60,682 bases of DNA, taken from assembly GCA_016199265.1 (NCBI GenBank), contig JACQGX010000063.1, positions 1 through 60,682 of the forward strand, written 5' to 3'. Source of the DNA: Chloroflexota bacterium. GTDB taxonomy: Bacteria > Chloroflexota > UBA11872 > UBA12225. Position numbers and translations under genes: made by a program. The notes beneath the pieces were generated by a model. The model worked only from the letters and a program-made list of their open reading frames with translations, searched no databases and was not told the DNA's origin. Numbering within the stretch: position 1 is the first letter of the stretch; every line of letters begins with the position of its first letter. Positions 8,027 through 16,799 of this stretch are shown piece by piece.

Positions 8027-8464
8027 ATGGCTCAGCCACTACCGGAAGAGGAGACAACGGAGTCACTCACCGGGCAAGATTTCACTGCGCCGCGGGTCGT
8101 CGCGCGTGAACCCGAGCCCCTGGCTCTGGCCAAGGATATTGTCCAGATCGCCTCTGACAGGGGCGCATCCGATATCCTGCTGATGGATATCCGCAAGCTG
8201 TCGATCATTGCCGACTACTTCGCCATCTGCAGCGGCGAAAACGAGCGCCAGATCCGCGCGATCCACCGCGGCATCAGGGATGGCGTCGACGAGCGATACG
8301 GCCTGGCCCCAATGCACCGCGCCGGTCCCGAGCAGGATCAGGGAGGCTGGGTGGTGCTCGATTACGGGGGTGTGATTGTTCACATCTTCTCGCCGCAGAT
8401 GCGCGAGTACTACCACCTGGAGCGGCTGTGGAGCGAGGCAGCAACGCTGCTGCGGATGCAGTAA
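8027..8464 (+). CDS. rsfS: Ribosome silencing factor
   Basis: IADYFAICSG, RQIRAI, WVVLDYGGVIVHIF, REYYHLERLW; nadD-rsfS synteny. Confidence 0.95.
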   Translation: MAQPLPEEETTESLTGQDFTAPRVVAREPEPLALAKDIVQIASDRGASDILLMDIRKLSIIADYFAICSGENERQIRAIHRGIRDGVDERYGLAPMHRAGPEQDQGGWVVLDYGGVIVHIFSPQMREYYHLERLWSEAATLLRMQ

Positions 8465-8530
8465 CGACGGCCGGCGGCGCGCGTCGAAGCGAGCAGAAAC
8501 GAGTCGAAAACGAGCAGAAAGTAGGTACAC

Positions 8531-8752
8531 GTGGTGAAGGCGGGGAACGCAGGGACGGCAGAGAGAACGGGCGGCCGCCTGGCGGGCAACCAGTTCTTTC
8601 TCGCCGGCGTGCTCGTCGGCAGCGCGTGCGGCCTCGTGCTCGGTTCTGCGCTTGGGTTTGAGCTGCGCCCCGACCGAATCCGGGCGCTCAAGAAGTTTGT
8701 GCGGCGCCTGACGGGGCAAGGCGATCGTCCGCGGTTTGATTTGATGGTGTAG
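8531..8752 (+). CDS. Small membrane-anchored hypothetical protein
   Basis: FFLAGVLVGSACGLVLGSALG hydrophobic segment. Confidence 0.55.
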   Translation: MVKAGNAGTAERTGGRLAGNQFFLAGVLVGSACGLVLGSALGFELRPDRIRALKKFVRRLTGQGDRPRFDLMV

Positions 8753-8757
8753 GGAAA

Positions 8758-8845
8758 CCCCTCACCCCCCGGCCCCCTCTCCCCGTGTGGGCATAGGGGG
8801 AGTGCCCTCACCCCCGGCCTCCTCTCCCACACGGGGAGAGGGGGC
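8758..8845. repeat. Tandem REP-like family A palindromes
   Basis: CCCTCACCCCC(C)GGCC(C/T)CCTCTCCC...GGG(A)GAGGGGG x2 between convergent genes. Confidence 0.85.
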
Positions 8846-8846
8846 G

Positions 8847-11372
8847 CTATACGGCCAGGTGGGCGATGGTGGCGCCTTCACCGCCTTCGGCTTGGGAGGC
8901 GGACTGGAACGATTCGACCATCGGGTTGGTGGCCAAGTAGTCGCGGATGATCTGGCGAAGCACGCCGGTGCCCTTGCCGTGAATGATGCGCACGAAGGGC
9001 ATCCCCGCGAGGTAGGCATCACTCAAGTAGCGCTCGACGCGAGGCACGACCTCGTCGGCGCGCGCACCGCGTACGTCGATCTGCACGCTGACGGAGGGAG
9101 GTGGGGGGAGCCGCACAGCCCCGTCCGATCGGGCCGGCCGGCCGGCGGCGGACACGCGGGCGCCGCGCTCCGGTCCGCCGATGCGCTGCTCGGCTTCGCG
9201 CCGGGTGACGCGCGAGAGCTCGCGCACGTTGGCGCGCGTGCGCAGGCCGCCGAGCTGGATCTCGACGTCGCCGCGCTCGTCCGGGTCGCCTAGGACCTCG
9301 CCAACAGCCTTGAGCCGCCGGAGCTCGACGCGATCGCCGGCGCCGATCGGACGGGGCGTTTCTTCCACCGCCGCCGGCCGGCGGCGGTGCGGGGTGGGAC
9401 GTGCGACGATCTCTTCGGCGGCGTGCTGCACGTCCTTGACGGCGCGGAGCACGGCCAGGCGGTCGCCGCCGGCGGCGCCGACCTGCGCCTCGGCCCGGCG
9501 GATGCGCTGGCGCGCCTCGTCGAGCAGCGCCCTCGCCTCACCCGCGGCGGCTTCGAGCGCGGCCGCGCGCTCGTCTTCGATGGCGTCGAGGCGGCGCGCG
9601 AGCGCATCGCCCTGCGTCTCGATCTCCTCGCGCAGGCGTTGCACACGCAGGCGCTCGTCGCGGGCCGTGTCGCGCTCGGACTGGATGGCGCCGAGCAGAT
9701 CCTCAATCTGCATCGCCGATTCGGTGAGGAGCCCGCGGGCGGCGGCGAGGATCGGCTCGGGCAGCCCAAGCCGTTGGGCGATGGCGAGCGCGTTGCTGCG
9801 CCCGGGGAGGCCGATGATGAGCCGGTACGTCGGGCGCAGCGACTCGACGTCGAATTCAACGCTCGCGTTCTGCACACCCGGTTGGGAATACGCGTAGGCC
9901 TTGAGCTCGGAGTAGTGCGTCGTCGCGATTGTGGGAACGTTGCGCTCGATCAGATATGAGAGGATCGCCCGCGCGAGCGCCGAGCCCTCCTGCGGATCGG
10001 TGCCGGCGCCAAGCTCGTCGAGGAGCACGAGCGAACGCTCGTCGGCGTGATCGAGGATGCGCACGATGTTGGTCATGTGCGACGAAAAGGTCGAGAGGCT
10101 CTGCTCGATGCTCTGCTCGTCGCCGATGTCGGCGAACACCTCGTCAAATATCGCGACCGTCGAGCCGGGCTCGGCGGGAACGTGCATCCCGGCCTGTGCC
10201 ATGAGCTGGAGGAGACCGGCCGTCTTGAGCGCAACGGTCTTGCCGCCCGTATTCGGCCCGGTAATGACGAGAGCAGTGAAGTCTTTGGAGGCGCCCTCAC
10301 CCCCCGGCCCCCTCTCCCACAAGGGGAGAGGGGGAGAGGCGGAGCCCTCATCCCAGCCCTCTCCCAGGGGGAGAGGGAGGTCTTCCCCGGCCACCGGCGT
10401 CTGGCCCCTGCCCAGCCGGATGTCGATGGGCACGACGTTGCCGGTGAGGAGCGGGTGCCGGGCCTGGACGAGGTGAAACGAGCAGCTCTCTTCCAAGACC
10501 GGCTCGACGGCGCGCAGGCTGTAAGCGTACTTGGCCTTGGCGAGCGCGAGGTCGATCGCGGCGATGGTGTTGACGTTGGCAATGATCCGGTCACAGAACT
10601 GGCCGACGAGGCCAGAGAGATGGCGCAGCACGCGCTCGATTTCGTGTTCTTCTTCGAGCTGCAGGCGCCGCCATTCGTTGTTGAGCTCGACGGTAGCCAG
10701 CGGTTCCATGAAGACGGTCGCACCGCTGGCCGACTGATCGTGGACGATACCGCGGAACTGGTTGCGCGCCTCGGCGCGGACGGGGACGACGTAGCGGCCG
10801 GCGCGCATGGTGATGAGCGGCTCCTGGAGCTGGCCGCGCGAGGCGGCCGCGTCCATAATGCGCTGGAGCGAGTCCATCAGCCGGTTGTAGGCGGTACGGA
10901 GCTGCGTGCGGATGCGCGCGAGCTCGGGCGAGGCGGTATCGAGGACCTGCCCGCGCTCGCCGATGCTGTCTTTGATGGCGCGCAAGACGATCGAACAGGG
11001 ATCGATCGTCTGGGCCCGATCGGCGAGGATGGGTACCCGGTCGGCGAATCGCAGAAGTACGCCGCGCACATAGGTACCGCTTTCGAGCGTGTCCTGCACT
11101 TCGAGGAGCGTGGCCGGTTCGAGTAGCGCGCCGATGCGGGCGTTCGCGGCGGTGTGGCGCACGTCGTGGGCGCTGCGCACGGAGAAGTCGGGCTGGAGCT
11201 CGAAGATGAGCTTGGCTTCGGACGTCTCACGCAGGCCATACTCGACGGCGCGTCGCCCGTTGCTCGGCTCGAGCGCGAGCGCCAGCTCCCGCCCGGCGGC
11301 GAACGACGTCCGCTCGGCGAGCCGCTCGCGGATCTTGTCGAATTCGAGTGTGGTGACGGCGCGAGAGTCCAT
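8847..11372 (-). CDS. mutS2: Endonuclease MutS2
   Basis: LEFDKI, GIVHDQSASGAT, ITGPNTGGKT, DIGDEQSIEQSLSTFS, LDELGAGTDPQEG, Smr domain IIHGKGTG. Confidence 0.97.
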   Translation of the reverse strand: MDSRAVTTLEFDKIRERLAERTSFAAGRELALALEPSNGRRAVEYGLRETSEAKLIFELQPDFSVRSAHDVRHTAANARIGALLEPATLLEVQDTLESGTYVRGVLLRFADRVPILADRAQTIDPCSIVLRAIKDSIGERGQVLDTASPELARIRTQLRTAYNRLMDSLQRIMDAAASRGQLQEPLITMRAGRYVVPVRAEARNQFRGIVHDQSASGATVFMEPLATVELNNEWRRLQLEEEHEIERVLRHLSGLVGQFCDRIIANVNTIAAIDLALAKAKYAYSLRAVEPVLEESCSFHLVQARHPLLTGNVVPIDIRLGRGQTPVAGEDLPLPLGEGWDEGSASPPLPLWERGPGGEGASKDFTALVITGPNTGGKTVALKTAGLLQLMAQAGMHVPAEPGSTVAIFDEVFADIGDEQSIEQSLSTFSSHMTNIVRILDHADERSLVLLDELGAGTDPQEGSALARAILSYLIERNVPTIATTHYSELKAYAYSQPGVQNASVEFDVESLRPTYRLIIGLPGRSNALAIAQRLGLPEPILAAARGLLTESAMQIEDLLGAIQSERDTARDERLRVQRLREEIETQGDALARRLDAIEDERAAALEAAAGEARALLDEARQRIRRAEAQVGAAGGDRLAVLRAVKDVQHAAEEIVARPTPHRRRPAAVEETPRPIGAGDRVELRRLKAVGEVLGDPDERGDVEIQLGGLRTRANVRELSRVTRREAEQRIGGPERGARVSAAGRPARSDGAVRLPPPPSVSVQIDVRGARADEVVPRVERYLSDAYLAGMPFVRIIHGKGTGVLRQIIRDYLATNPMVESFQSASQAEGGEGATIAHLAV
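10293..10380. repeat. Two REP-like family A palindromes, in-frame within mutS2
   Basis: Reads LPLPLGEGWDEGSASPPLPLWERGPGGEGA just before the Walker A strand. Confidence 0.88.
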
Positions 11373-11538
11373 GGGATGTCGAAATAATGAGGGGCGGCGG
11401 AAAGCCCTCCGCCGAAACAGAGGCGGAAAACGACGAAGAGCACGGACGTGAGCCGTGCCCCTAAAGTTTACCGTCTAAGTCCACTTTGGGCGGGATATGA
11501 AAGGGCGATCTGGTCTGCTCACGCGGGAGCCGCCCCCA

Positions 11539-11979
11539 TCAGCATAGGGTTGTCCCGGCCCATTTCGTCGGCGGGCTCTCCCAGCCCATCTCGTCGATGT
11601 CGCCGGCCCGGATACTCAGCGTGACCCGGCTGCCGGTGGCATCGCGGATAGAGTCGACGGGCACGAACACGTCGCGCAGCATCGGTCGATCGAGCAGAAA
11701 GTCGCGATCGCGAACCTCTTTGATCGTTCCCACCTGCTCGCCCTCCGCGCCGAACACCGGCATCCCCTCGGTCAAGCGCCCGGCCATGCCTGGCGCAGCG
11801 CCGCCGGAGGCCACCGCCTCGGCGGCCGGCGCGCCGGCGGGGACGTGATCTGTCGCCACCGCGCCGGTGGCGGTCGTATCGGTGGCAAAGGGGCGGGCGG
11901 CAGTAGTGCCGGCGCCGAGTTTCGTGCACTTGAGCGGCAGGCGTCCGCCCGGTTCGAAGGCCTTGCTCGTGAGCTCCAT
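11539..11979 (-). CDS. Chimeric ORF: YbhB/PEBP-like N-terminus fused to a PRC-barrel/DUF2171-like domain
   Basis: GGAGG RBS then MELTSKAFEPGGRLP; C-terminal GMPVFGAEGEQVGTIKEV...DVFVPVDSI...MGWESPP. Confidence 0.55.
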   Translation of the reverse strand: MELTSKAFEPGGRLPLKCTKLGAGTTAARPFATDTTATGAVATDHVPAGAPAAEAVASGGAAPGMAGRLTEGMPVFGAEGEQVGTIKEVRDRDFLLDRPMLRDVFVPVDSIRDATGSRVTLSIRAGDIDEMGWESPPTKWAGTTLC

Positions 11980-12032
11980 CGGCTTGCCTCCAGAGTCTTC
12001 TCCCCGTTGCGCTGCAAGCCGCGGGCCAGCCA

Positions 12033-12251
12033 TCAGAAAGAGATGTCGAGCGCACGCGCCAGCGTCTTGTCCAGCGTGGACTTGCCGACTCCGGGCACAG
12101 CCTCGATCAGCACGTGACCTTCGCAGAACAGGGCGACGAGTAGCAGCGTAACCGCTTCCTCCTTGCCGACGACAACCCGCCCGACGGCGTCGCGCACCTG
12201 CGCGGCCTCATGCGCCACCCGCCGGACATCGGCTTGCGCGCTCACCATCAC
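12033..12251 (-). pseudogene. MoxR-family AAA+ ATPase, N-terminal fragment
   Basis: VVVGKEE...GHVLIEAVPGVGKST, then a stop after 72 aa. Confidence 0.85.
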
Positions 12252-12276
12252 CTGCCGTTATGCTACCGGTTGAGGG

Positions 12277-12372
12277 ACCTACCCCCTGGCCCCCTCCCTC
12301 AAGGGAAGGGGAACGAGATAGCACCGCTTTACAGTTCGCCGTCCCTTAAGAGAGGGGGCCCAGGGGGTAGGC
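12277..12372. repeat. REP-like family A variant, inverted doublet
   Basis: CCTACCCCCTGGCCCCCTCCCT...AGAGGGGGCCCAGGGGGTAGG. Confidence 0.7.
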
Positions 12373-12394
12373 CTGGCTTGAGGAGAGGAAACAC

Positions 12395-13897
12395 ATGCCT
12401 GAACGTCCCAATATCATCTTGATCTGCGTCGACCAGTGGCGGGGAGACTGCTTCAGTGTCGCGGGCCACCCCGTGGTGCACACGCCGTACCTGGATCAAT
12501 TCTCGCTCGGCGGCGCCCGCTTCACGCGGGCGTACACCGCGACGCCGAGCTGCATCCCGGCGCGCGCTGCGCTCATGACAGGCTTGAGCCAGCGCAGCCA
12601 CGGGCGCGTCGGCTACAAGGACGGCGTGCCGTGGGACTATGAGACGACGCTGGCGGGCGAGTTCACCCGCCACGGCTACCAGTCGCAGGCCATCGGCAAG
12701 ATGCACGTCTACCCGGAACGGAGCCAACTGGGCTTCCAAAACGTGATCCTGCACGACGGCTTCCTGCACTGCGCGCGCAACCGGGAGCGCGACTACGGCC
12801 TGGTGGACGACTACATCCCGTGGCTGCGCGAGCGGACGGGGCGGCCCGATGCCGACTACTTCGAGCACGGTGTCAACTGCAACTCGGTCGTGGCGCGGCC
12901 GTGGGACAAGCCGGAAGACCTGCACCCGACCAACTACGTCGTGACGCAGGCAATCGAGTTCCTGCGCCGGCGCGACCCGCGCAAGCCGCTCATCCTCTAC
13001 CTGAGCTTCCACCGGCCGCACCCACCGTACGATCCGCCGGCGTGGGCGTTCGAGCAGTACGTCCACGAGCCGATGCCGGACCCGCCGGTGGGAGATTGGG
13101 TCGATCTGTACGCGCGCTGGGCCAACCCCTACGATCCGACCGCACCGGTGGGACAGATCGACCCGCGCGTCCTACGACGGGCGCGGGCCGGCTATTACGG
13201 CCACATGACGCACATCGACCACCAGCTCAACCGCTTCTTCGAGGTGCTGCACGAGTACCGGCTGCGCGAGAACAGCTACATCTGCTTCACGTCCGACCAC
13301 GGCGAGCTCATGGGCGACCACCACCTCTTCCGCAAGAGCCTGCCCTACGAGGGGTCGGCGCGCATTCCCATGCTGCTGAAGGGACCGGCGTGGAGCGGGA
13401 TCAAGCGGGGCAGCACGCCGAACCAGGTCGTCGAGCTGCGCGACGTCATGCCCACCGTCCTCGACTGTGCCGGCCTGCCGATCCCCGACTCGGTCGAAGG
13501 CCGCAGCTTCCTCCTGATCGCCCGTGGCGCGACGACCGACGACCGATCCTTCGACAAGCTCAGGACAGGCTTTCCGACGACCGAACATGGTGATCGAGCC
13601 TGGCGCACTCATCTGCATGGCGAACATACAAGCCTGGGGCAGAGCATCCACTGGATCACGGACGGCCACGAAAAGTACGTCTGGCTGAGCGGCTCCGGCG
13701 ACGAGCAGTTATTCGACCTGGACGACGACCCACAAGAGCTGCACGACCTGGCGCGCCGACCGGAACGGGCGGAGCGGGTGGCACACTGGCGCCGGGCGCT
13801 GATCGAGGAGCTGGAAGGGCGTCCGGAGGGGTTCACAGACGGATTGCGGCTGATTCCGGGACGGCCGGTGACGCCGGTGCTGCCGGGAGCGCCGTAG
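12395..13897 (+). CDS. Arylsulfatase (formylglycine-dependent)
   Basis: RPNIILICVDQ, CIPAR (CxPxR) motif, GKMH, PHPP, SDHG. Confidence 0.95.
   Translation: MPERPNIILICVDQWRGDCFSVAGHPVVHTPYLDQFSLGGARFTRAYTATPSCIPARAALMTGLSQRSHGRVGYKDGVPWDYETTLAGEFTRHGYQSQAIGKMHVYPERSQLGFQNVILHDGFLHCARNRERDYGLVDDYIPWLRERTGRPDADYFEHGVNCNSVVARPWDKPEDLHPTNYVVTQAIEFLRRRDPRKPLILYLSFHRPHPPYDPPAWAFEQYVHEPMPDPPVGDWVDLYARWANPYDPTAPVGQIDPRVLRRARAGYYGHMTHIDHQLNRFFEVLHEYRLRENSYICFTSDHGELMGDHHLFRKSLPYEGSARIPMLLKGPAWSGIKRGSTPNQVVELRDVMPTVLDCAGLPIPDSVEGRSFLLIARGATTDDRSFDKLRTGFPTTEHGDRAWRTHLHGEHTSLGQSIHWITDGHEKYVWLSGSGDEQLFDLDDDPQELHDLARRPERAERVAHWRRALIEELEGRPEGFTDGLRLIPGRPVTPVLPGAP
13548..13572. repeat. REP-like family B, in-frame within the sulfatase
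   Basis: CCTTCGACAAGCTCAGGACAGGC read as SFDKLRTG. Confidence 0.8.
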
Positions 13898-13926
13898 TGG
13901 CGCATCAGCGTGCTGGGAGGAGTCTC

Positions 13927-14199
13927 GTGGTTCTACAGCAACGAGCGGAAACCACGGCCGAGGCCGAGCAGAGCCTTGCCGCTTACCTTGATCAGCTCAC
14001 TGCGATGGTTCGCGCCCGCTATCCAGACGCCGAGTTCCGCTTTGGACCAGGACACGAGCCAAGCGCCTGGCTAATCTGGGCTCGCATCCCCGTGGAGGAT
14101 GACCTCGAACTGGAACATTCGCTGGCAGAACGATCGACGGACTTCCTCGTGGAACACGGCGTTGCCATCAGCGTCATCATCGTCCCCAAGCAAGACTAA
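13927..14199 (+). CDS. Hypothetical protein (small, possibly MNT-like antitoxin fold)
   Basis: GGAGG RBS and GTG start; function is a guess. Confidence 0.55.
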   Translation: MVLQQRAETTAEAEQSLAAYLDQLTAMVRARYPDAEFRFGPGHEPSAWLIWARIPVEDDLELEHSLAERSTDFLVEHGVAISVIIVPKQD

Positions 14200-14227
14200 G
14201 CACCCTGAGAGAAGTTGTGCGCAGGAT

Positions 14228-14439
14228 TTACACGCCTCCGCCAGATACAGAGCCGGCCAGATGGTGCGTAGAACTTCCATCGGGGTGCTTAGCACCGGAG
14301 CCACACCAGAAAGGGAACGATCTGTTCGTCTTTGAGTCCTTGACGCCCAAGGTTGGAGCCAATCTGGCGCATGTGAATGCCCCCAACCGTGGAGCAGGCG
14401 TCGCTGGCTTTCTGGAACGTTCTCGTCGAGAACGTTCAC
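14228..14439 (-). pseudogene. DUF5615/PIN-like toxin remnant
   Basis: GTGA overlap with DUF433; MNVLDENVPESQRRLL..WG, then a frameshift to IHMRQIGSNLGRQGLKDEQIVPFL and a premature stop. Confidence 0.7.
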
Positions 14440-14717
14440 GCCCTTGCCGGCTCCACAAGGAGATCGTGTTGGCGCGCGACCAGCGCATCGCTGGCCAGGC
14501 GAACTGCCTCGGCAATCGCTTCCTTCGTGATGGCGCCGCGCCACTTATCCGCGACCGCGTCCCACGACATGCCCATGGCAACCTGTTCCAGGACGTGCTT
14601 CACAAGAATGCGGGTGCCACGGAAGGTCAACTGGCCGTGGCAGATAGCAGGATCGGCCACAATGAAGCGACCCAGTTCGCGTGCCTCGACACTATGCGTT
14701 GACATTGGCGTAGTCAT
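14436..14717 (-). CDS. DUF433-domain antitoxin
   Basis: IVADPAICHGQLTFRGTRILVKHVLE...ITKEAIAEAV. Confidence 0.9.
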   Translation of the reverse strand: MTTPMSTHSVEARELGRFIVADPAICHGQLTFRGTRILVKHVLEQVAMGMSWDAVADKWRGAITKEAIAEAVRLASDALVARQHDLLVEPARA

Positions 14718-14746
14718 CTTGCGTTCCTGAGCATGATTCTTGGTAA

Positions 14747-15052
14747 CTCCTCTATGTCGAACCGCTTGGGGGCGCGGTCAGCCGGGTCGGCCCGCTCGAT
14801 ACGGCGTACGCCCATCGAGATGCGAAGTACGGCGTCGAGGTCATCGCCAGTTGGACCGACCCGGCAGACACGGAGCGGAACATCGGCTGGACGCGCAAGC
14901 GGTTCGGCGCCCTCCGGCCGTTCATGACCGGTCGTGCCTACGTCAACCTCATCGCCGACGAGGGCGAGGACCCCGTACGCGCCGCGTACCCGCCGGCAGT
15001 CTATGAGCGGCTGGTCGCCGTCAAGAACAAGTACGATCCCGACAGCTTCGTC
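14747..15052 (+). pseudogene. FAD-linked oxidase (BBE-like) C-terminal fragment
   Basis: LGGAVSRVGPLDTAYAHRDA...YVNL...YERLVAVKNKYDP with no FAD-binding N-terminus. Confidence 0.85.
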
Positions 15053-15114
15053 GTTAGGAGAGGCAGAGCGGACCGGACCGGCGACCCCGAGTGCGCGGGA
15101 GAGATCTACGGCAT

Positions 15115-15311
15115 CTATGGAATGAGCCCCATTTGCCGCCATATGCGCCGCGCCAGGCGCCGCCACTGTCCATTCAACCGGAGCACGGCCACCGTGGCCC
15201 GGCCGATCTCAGTAATACCCACGATAGACGCGAACGCGGCAGTACTCGCACCGGTGCTGCGCCCCGCGGGCGACGAACGGATACACCAGGAACGGCTACT
15301 GGACCGGTCAT
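15115..15311 (-). pseudogene. HNH endonuclease with the core deleted
   Basis: One frame gives VARGAQHRCEYCR and another gives IVGITEIGRATVAVLRLN; the HNH catalytic segment is missing; ATGA overlap with the upstream ORF. Confidence 0.75.
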
Positions 15312-15613
15312 GGCGAGTCCTGCCGGCCAATGTCATTGGGGCGCCGCGCGCGTCGGTGTAACCCAGACTTCTCCTCCGCTAGTGCCGCGGCGTAGGCTGC
15401 AGGATCGCGGTGGCGCAGCAGGGCGCGCGCGTTTTCCAACGTCAGTTGGGCCGCCTCTTCGGCGAGCGCGCGCAGTTCGTTCCGCTCTTTGGGGGAAAGG
15501 ATGCCCTGATCGAGCTTCTCCGCCAGTTCGTGGTAGCGACGGTCCTTCTGGCCTTCGAGGTCGACGTCCGATACATGGACGGGACGTACGTCGGGCTGGA
15601 TGGCAGGCATCAC
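15308..15613 (-). CDS. Small helical protein, probable partner of the HNH nuclease
   Basis: RRYHELAEKLDQGILSPKERNEL; translationally coupled to the HNH remnant. Confidence 0.6.
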   Translation of the reverse strand: MMPAIQPDVRPVHVSDVDLEGQKDRRYHELAEKLDQGILSPKERNELRALAEEAAQLTLENARALLRHRDPAAYAAALAEEKSGLHRRARRPNDIGRQDSP

Positions 15614-15752
15614 CGTGGCACGTTCGGATTCTTCTGACTGGACCTCTATGAGGGATCAGTTGACTCCGGTAGGCAGATCCACGACTACAACCCCGGCATT
15701 CGGCCGAGCGGATTGTTCTGGACGACGGCCATTCCCAGCTCGAGCGTCCATC

Positions 15753-15882
15753 GAGAGGTCGGTCTTGTGGCCGGCCGCCAGCTTGCTCGCCTCGAACGTG
15801 CCGAGCGCGCCGTTGGCGAAGCGGCACAGCCAGACCGCCGCGTCGTCACCGGTGACGGGGACGCGCTCGTCGGGCCGACCCG
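15753..15882 (-). pseudogene. ~130 bp fragment of a Gfo/Idh/MocA paralog
   Basis: Near-copy of 20999-21128 with about 15 mostly synonymous differences. Confidence 0.85.
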
Positions 15883-15918
15883 AACCGGCCGCGCCGCGGG
15901 AGCGTGGCCGAACTTGGG

Positions 15919-16563
15919 CTACGACGGTGTGACGTAGAGCAGCACGCAGACGTAATGCAGGGCGCTGCCGGCCAAAACGAGCACGTGCCAGACGGCATGC
16001 GCGTAGGCCAATTTCAATAGGAAGAAGACAATCCCGAGTGAGTAGCAGAGGCCGCCGACGAGCAGCAGGACGAGCCCGCTCGGATCGATCAGGCTCGAGA
16101 ACGGCTGGAGCACAAAGACGACCATCCATCCCATGAGCAGGTAGAACGGGATGGAGATGAGGTCGGATCGTATTTTCAAGATGGTCTTGGCGAAGATGCC
16201 AAGGACCCCGAAACCCCAGACAGCGCTCAAGACCACGATTCCCGTCGCCCCCTTGAGGATGGTCAGCATGAACGGCGTGTAGGTGCCGGCGATCAGGGCA
16301 TAGATGCACGAATGGTCGAGCCACAGGTAGATCCGCTTCAGTCGCTGCTCGGTGGTGATGTGGTGAAGTGTCGAGGATGCGAAGACACTGACCAGCGCTA
16401 CCCCATACACGGACACGGCAATTGTGTGGGCAACGTTGTTGTACCAGAGAGACCGGTAGGCCAAGACGAAGAGACCGACGAGGCTGAAGATCACGCCAAT
16501 GCCGTGGGTCAGGGCATTTACAAGTTCTTCTCGGCTGACCGCACGAAACATGCCTCTACCCAT
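15919..16563 (-). CDS. Hemolysin III / PAQR (TrhA-like) membrane protein
   Basis: EELVNALTHG, SSTLHH, LDHSCIY.LIAGTYTP, YLLMGW, HAVWH; lower GC than its neighbours. Confidence 0.93.
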   Translation of the reverse strand: MGRGMFRAVSREELVNALTHGIGVIFSLVGLFVLAYRSLWYNNVAHTIAVSVYGVALVSVFASSTLHHITTEQRLKRIYLWLDHSCIYALIAGTYTPFMLTILKGATGIVVLSAVWGFGVLGIFAKTILKIRSDLISIPFYLLMGWMVVFVLQPFSSLIDPSGLVLLLVGGLCYSLGIVFFLLKLAYAHAVWHVLVLAGSALHYVCVLLYVTPS

Positions 16564-16646
16564 CTACGATGCTGACCCGGTCCCCATTCCTTGCCAACCG
16601 TCCGCGGATGGCCACCGTCCGTAGGCGCAACGGGACGAGGGCTGCC

Positions 16647-16730
16647 TCACTTGCGCTTGGGCCCCTTATTGGGCATGGGTGGCTTGGACGGCCGCTTGGC
16701 CTTGGCCTTATTACCGCCGCGTTTGGACAT
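16647..16730 (-). CDS. 27-aa highly basic peptide (absent from the ORF track)
   Basis: MSKRGGNKAKAKRPSKPPMPNKGPKRK preceded by an AAGGAG Shine-Dalgarno. Confidence 0.6.
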   Translation of the reverse strand: MSKRGGNKAKAKRPSKPPMPNKGPKRK

Positions 16731-16799
16731 CGTCGTTGCTCCTTCTATGGTTTCTACGGGCTCTGTGGGCCGCTCTGTACCCGCACCTGGTTCCGGGTA

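Noticed and set aside
8758-8845. Repeated palindromes as a CRISPR array
   Set aside because: No regular repeat-spacer periodicity and no cas genes; the copies are dispersed REP-like elements.
11460-11490. Possible dif/Xer site (GACGGTAAACT on the - strand)
   Set aside because: Only a partial match to the XerD arm, with no XerC arm or correct spacing.
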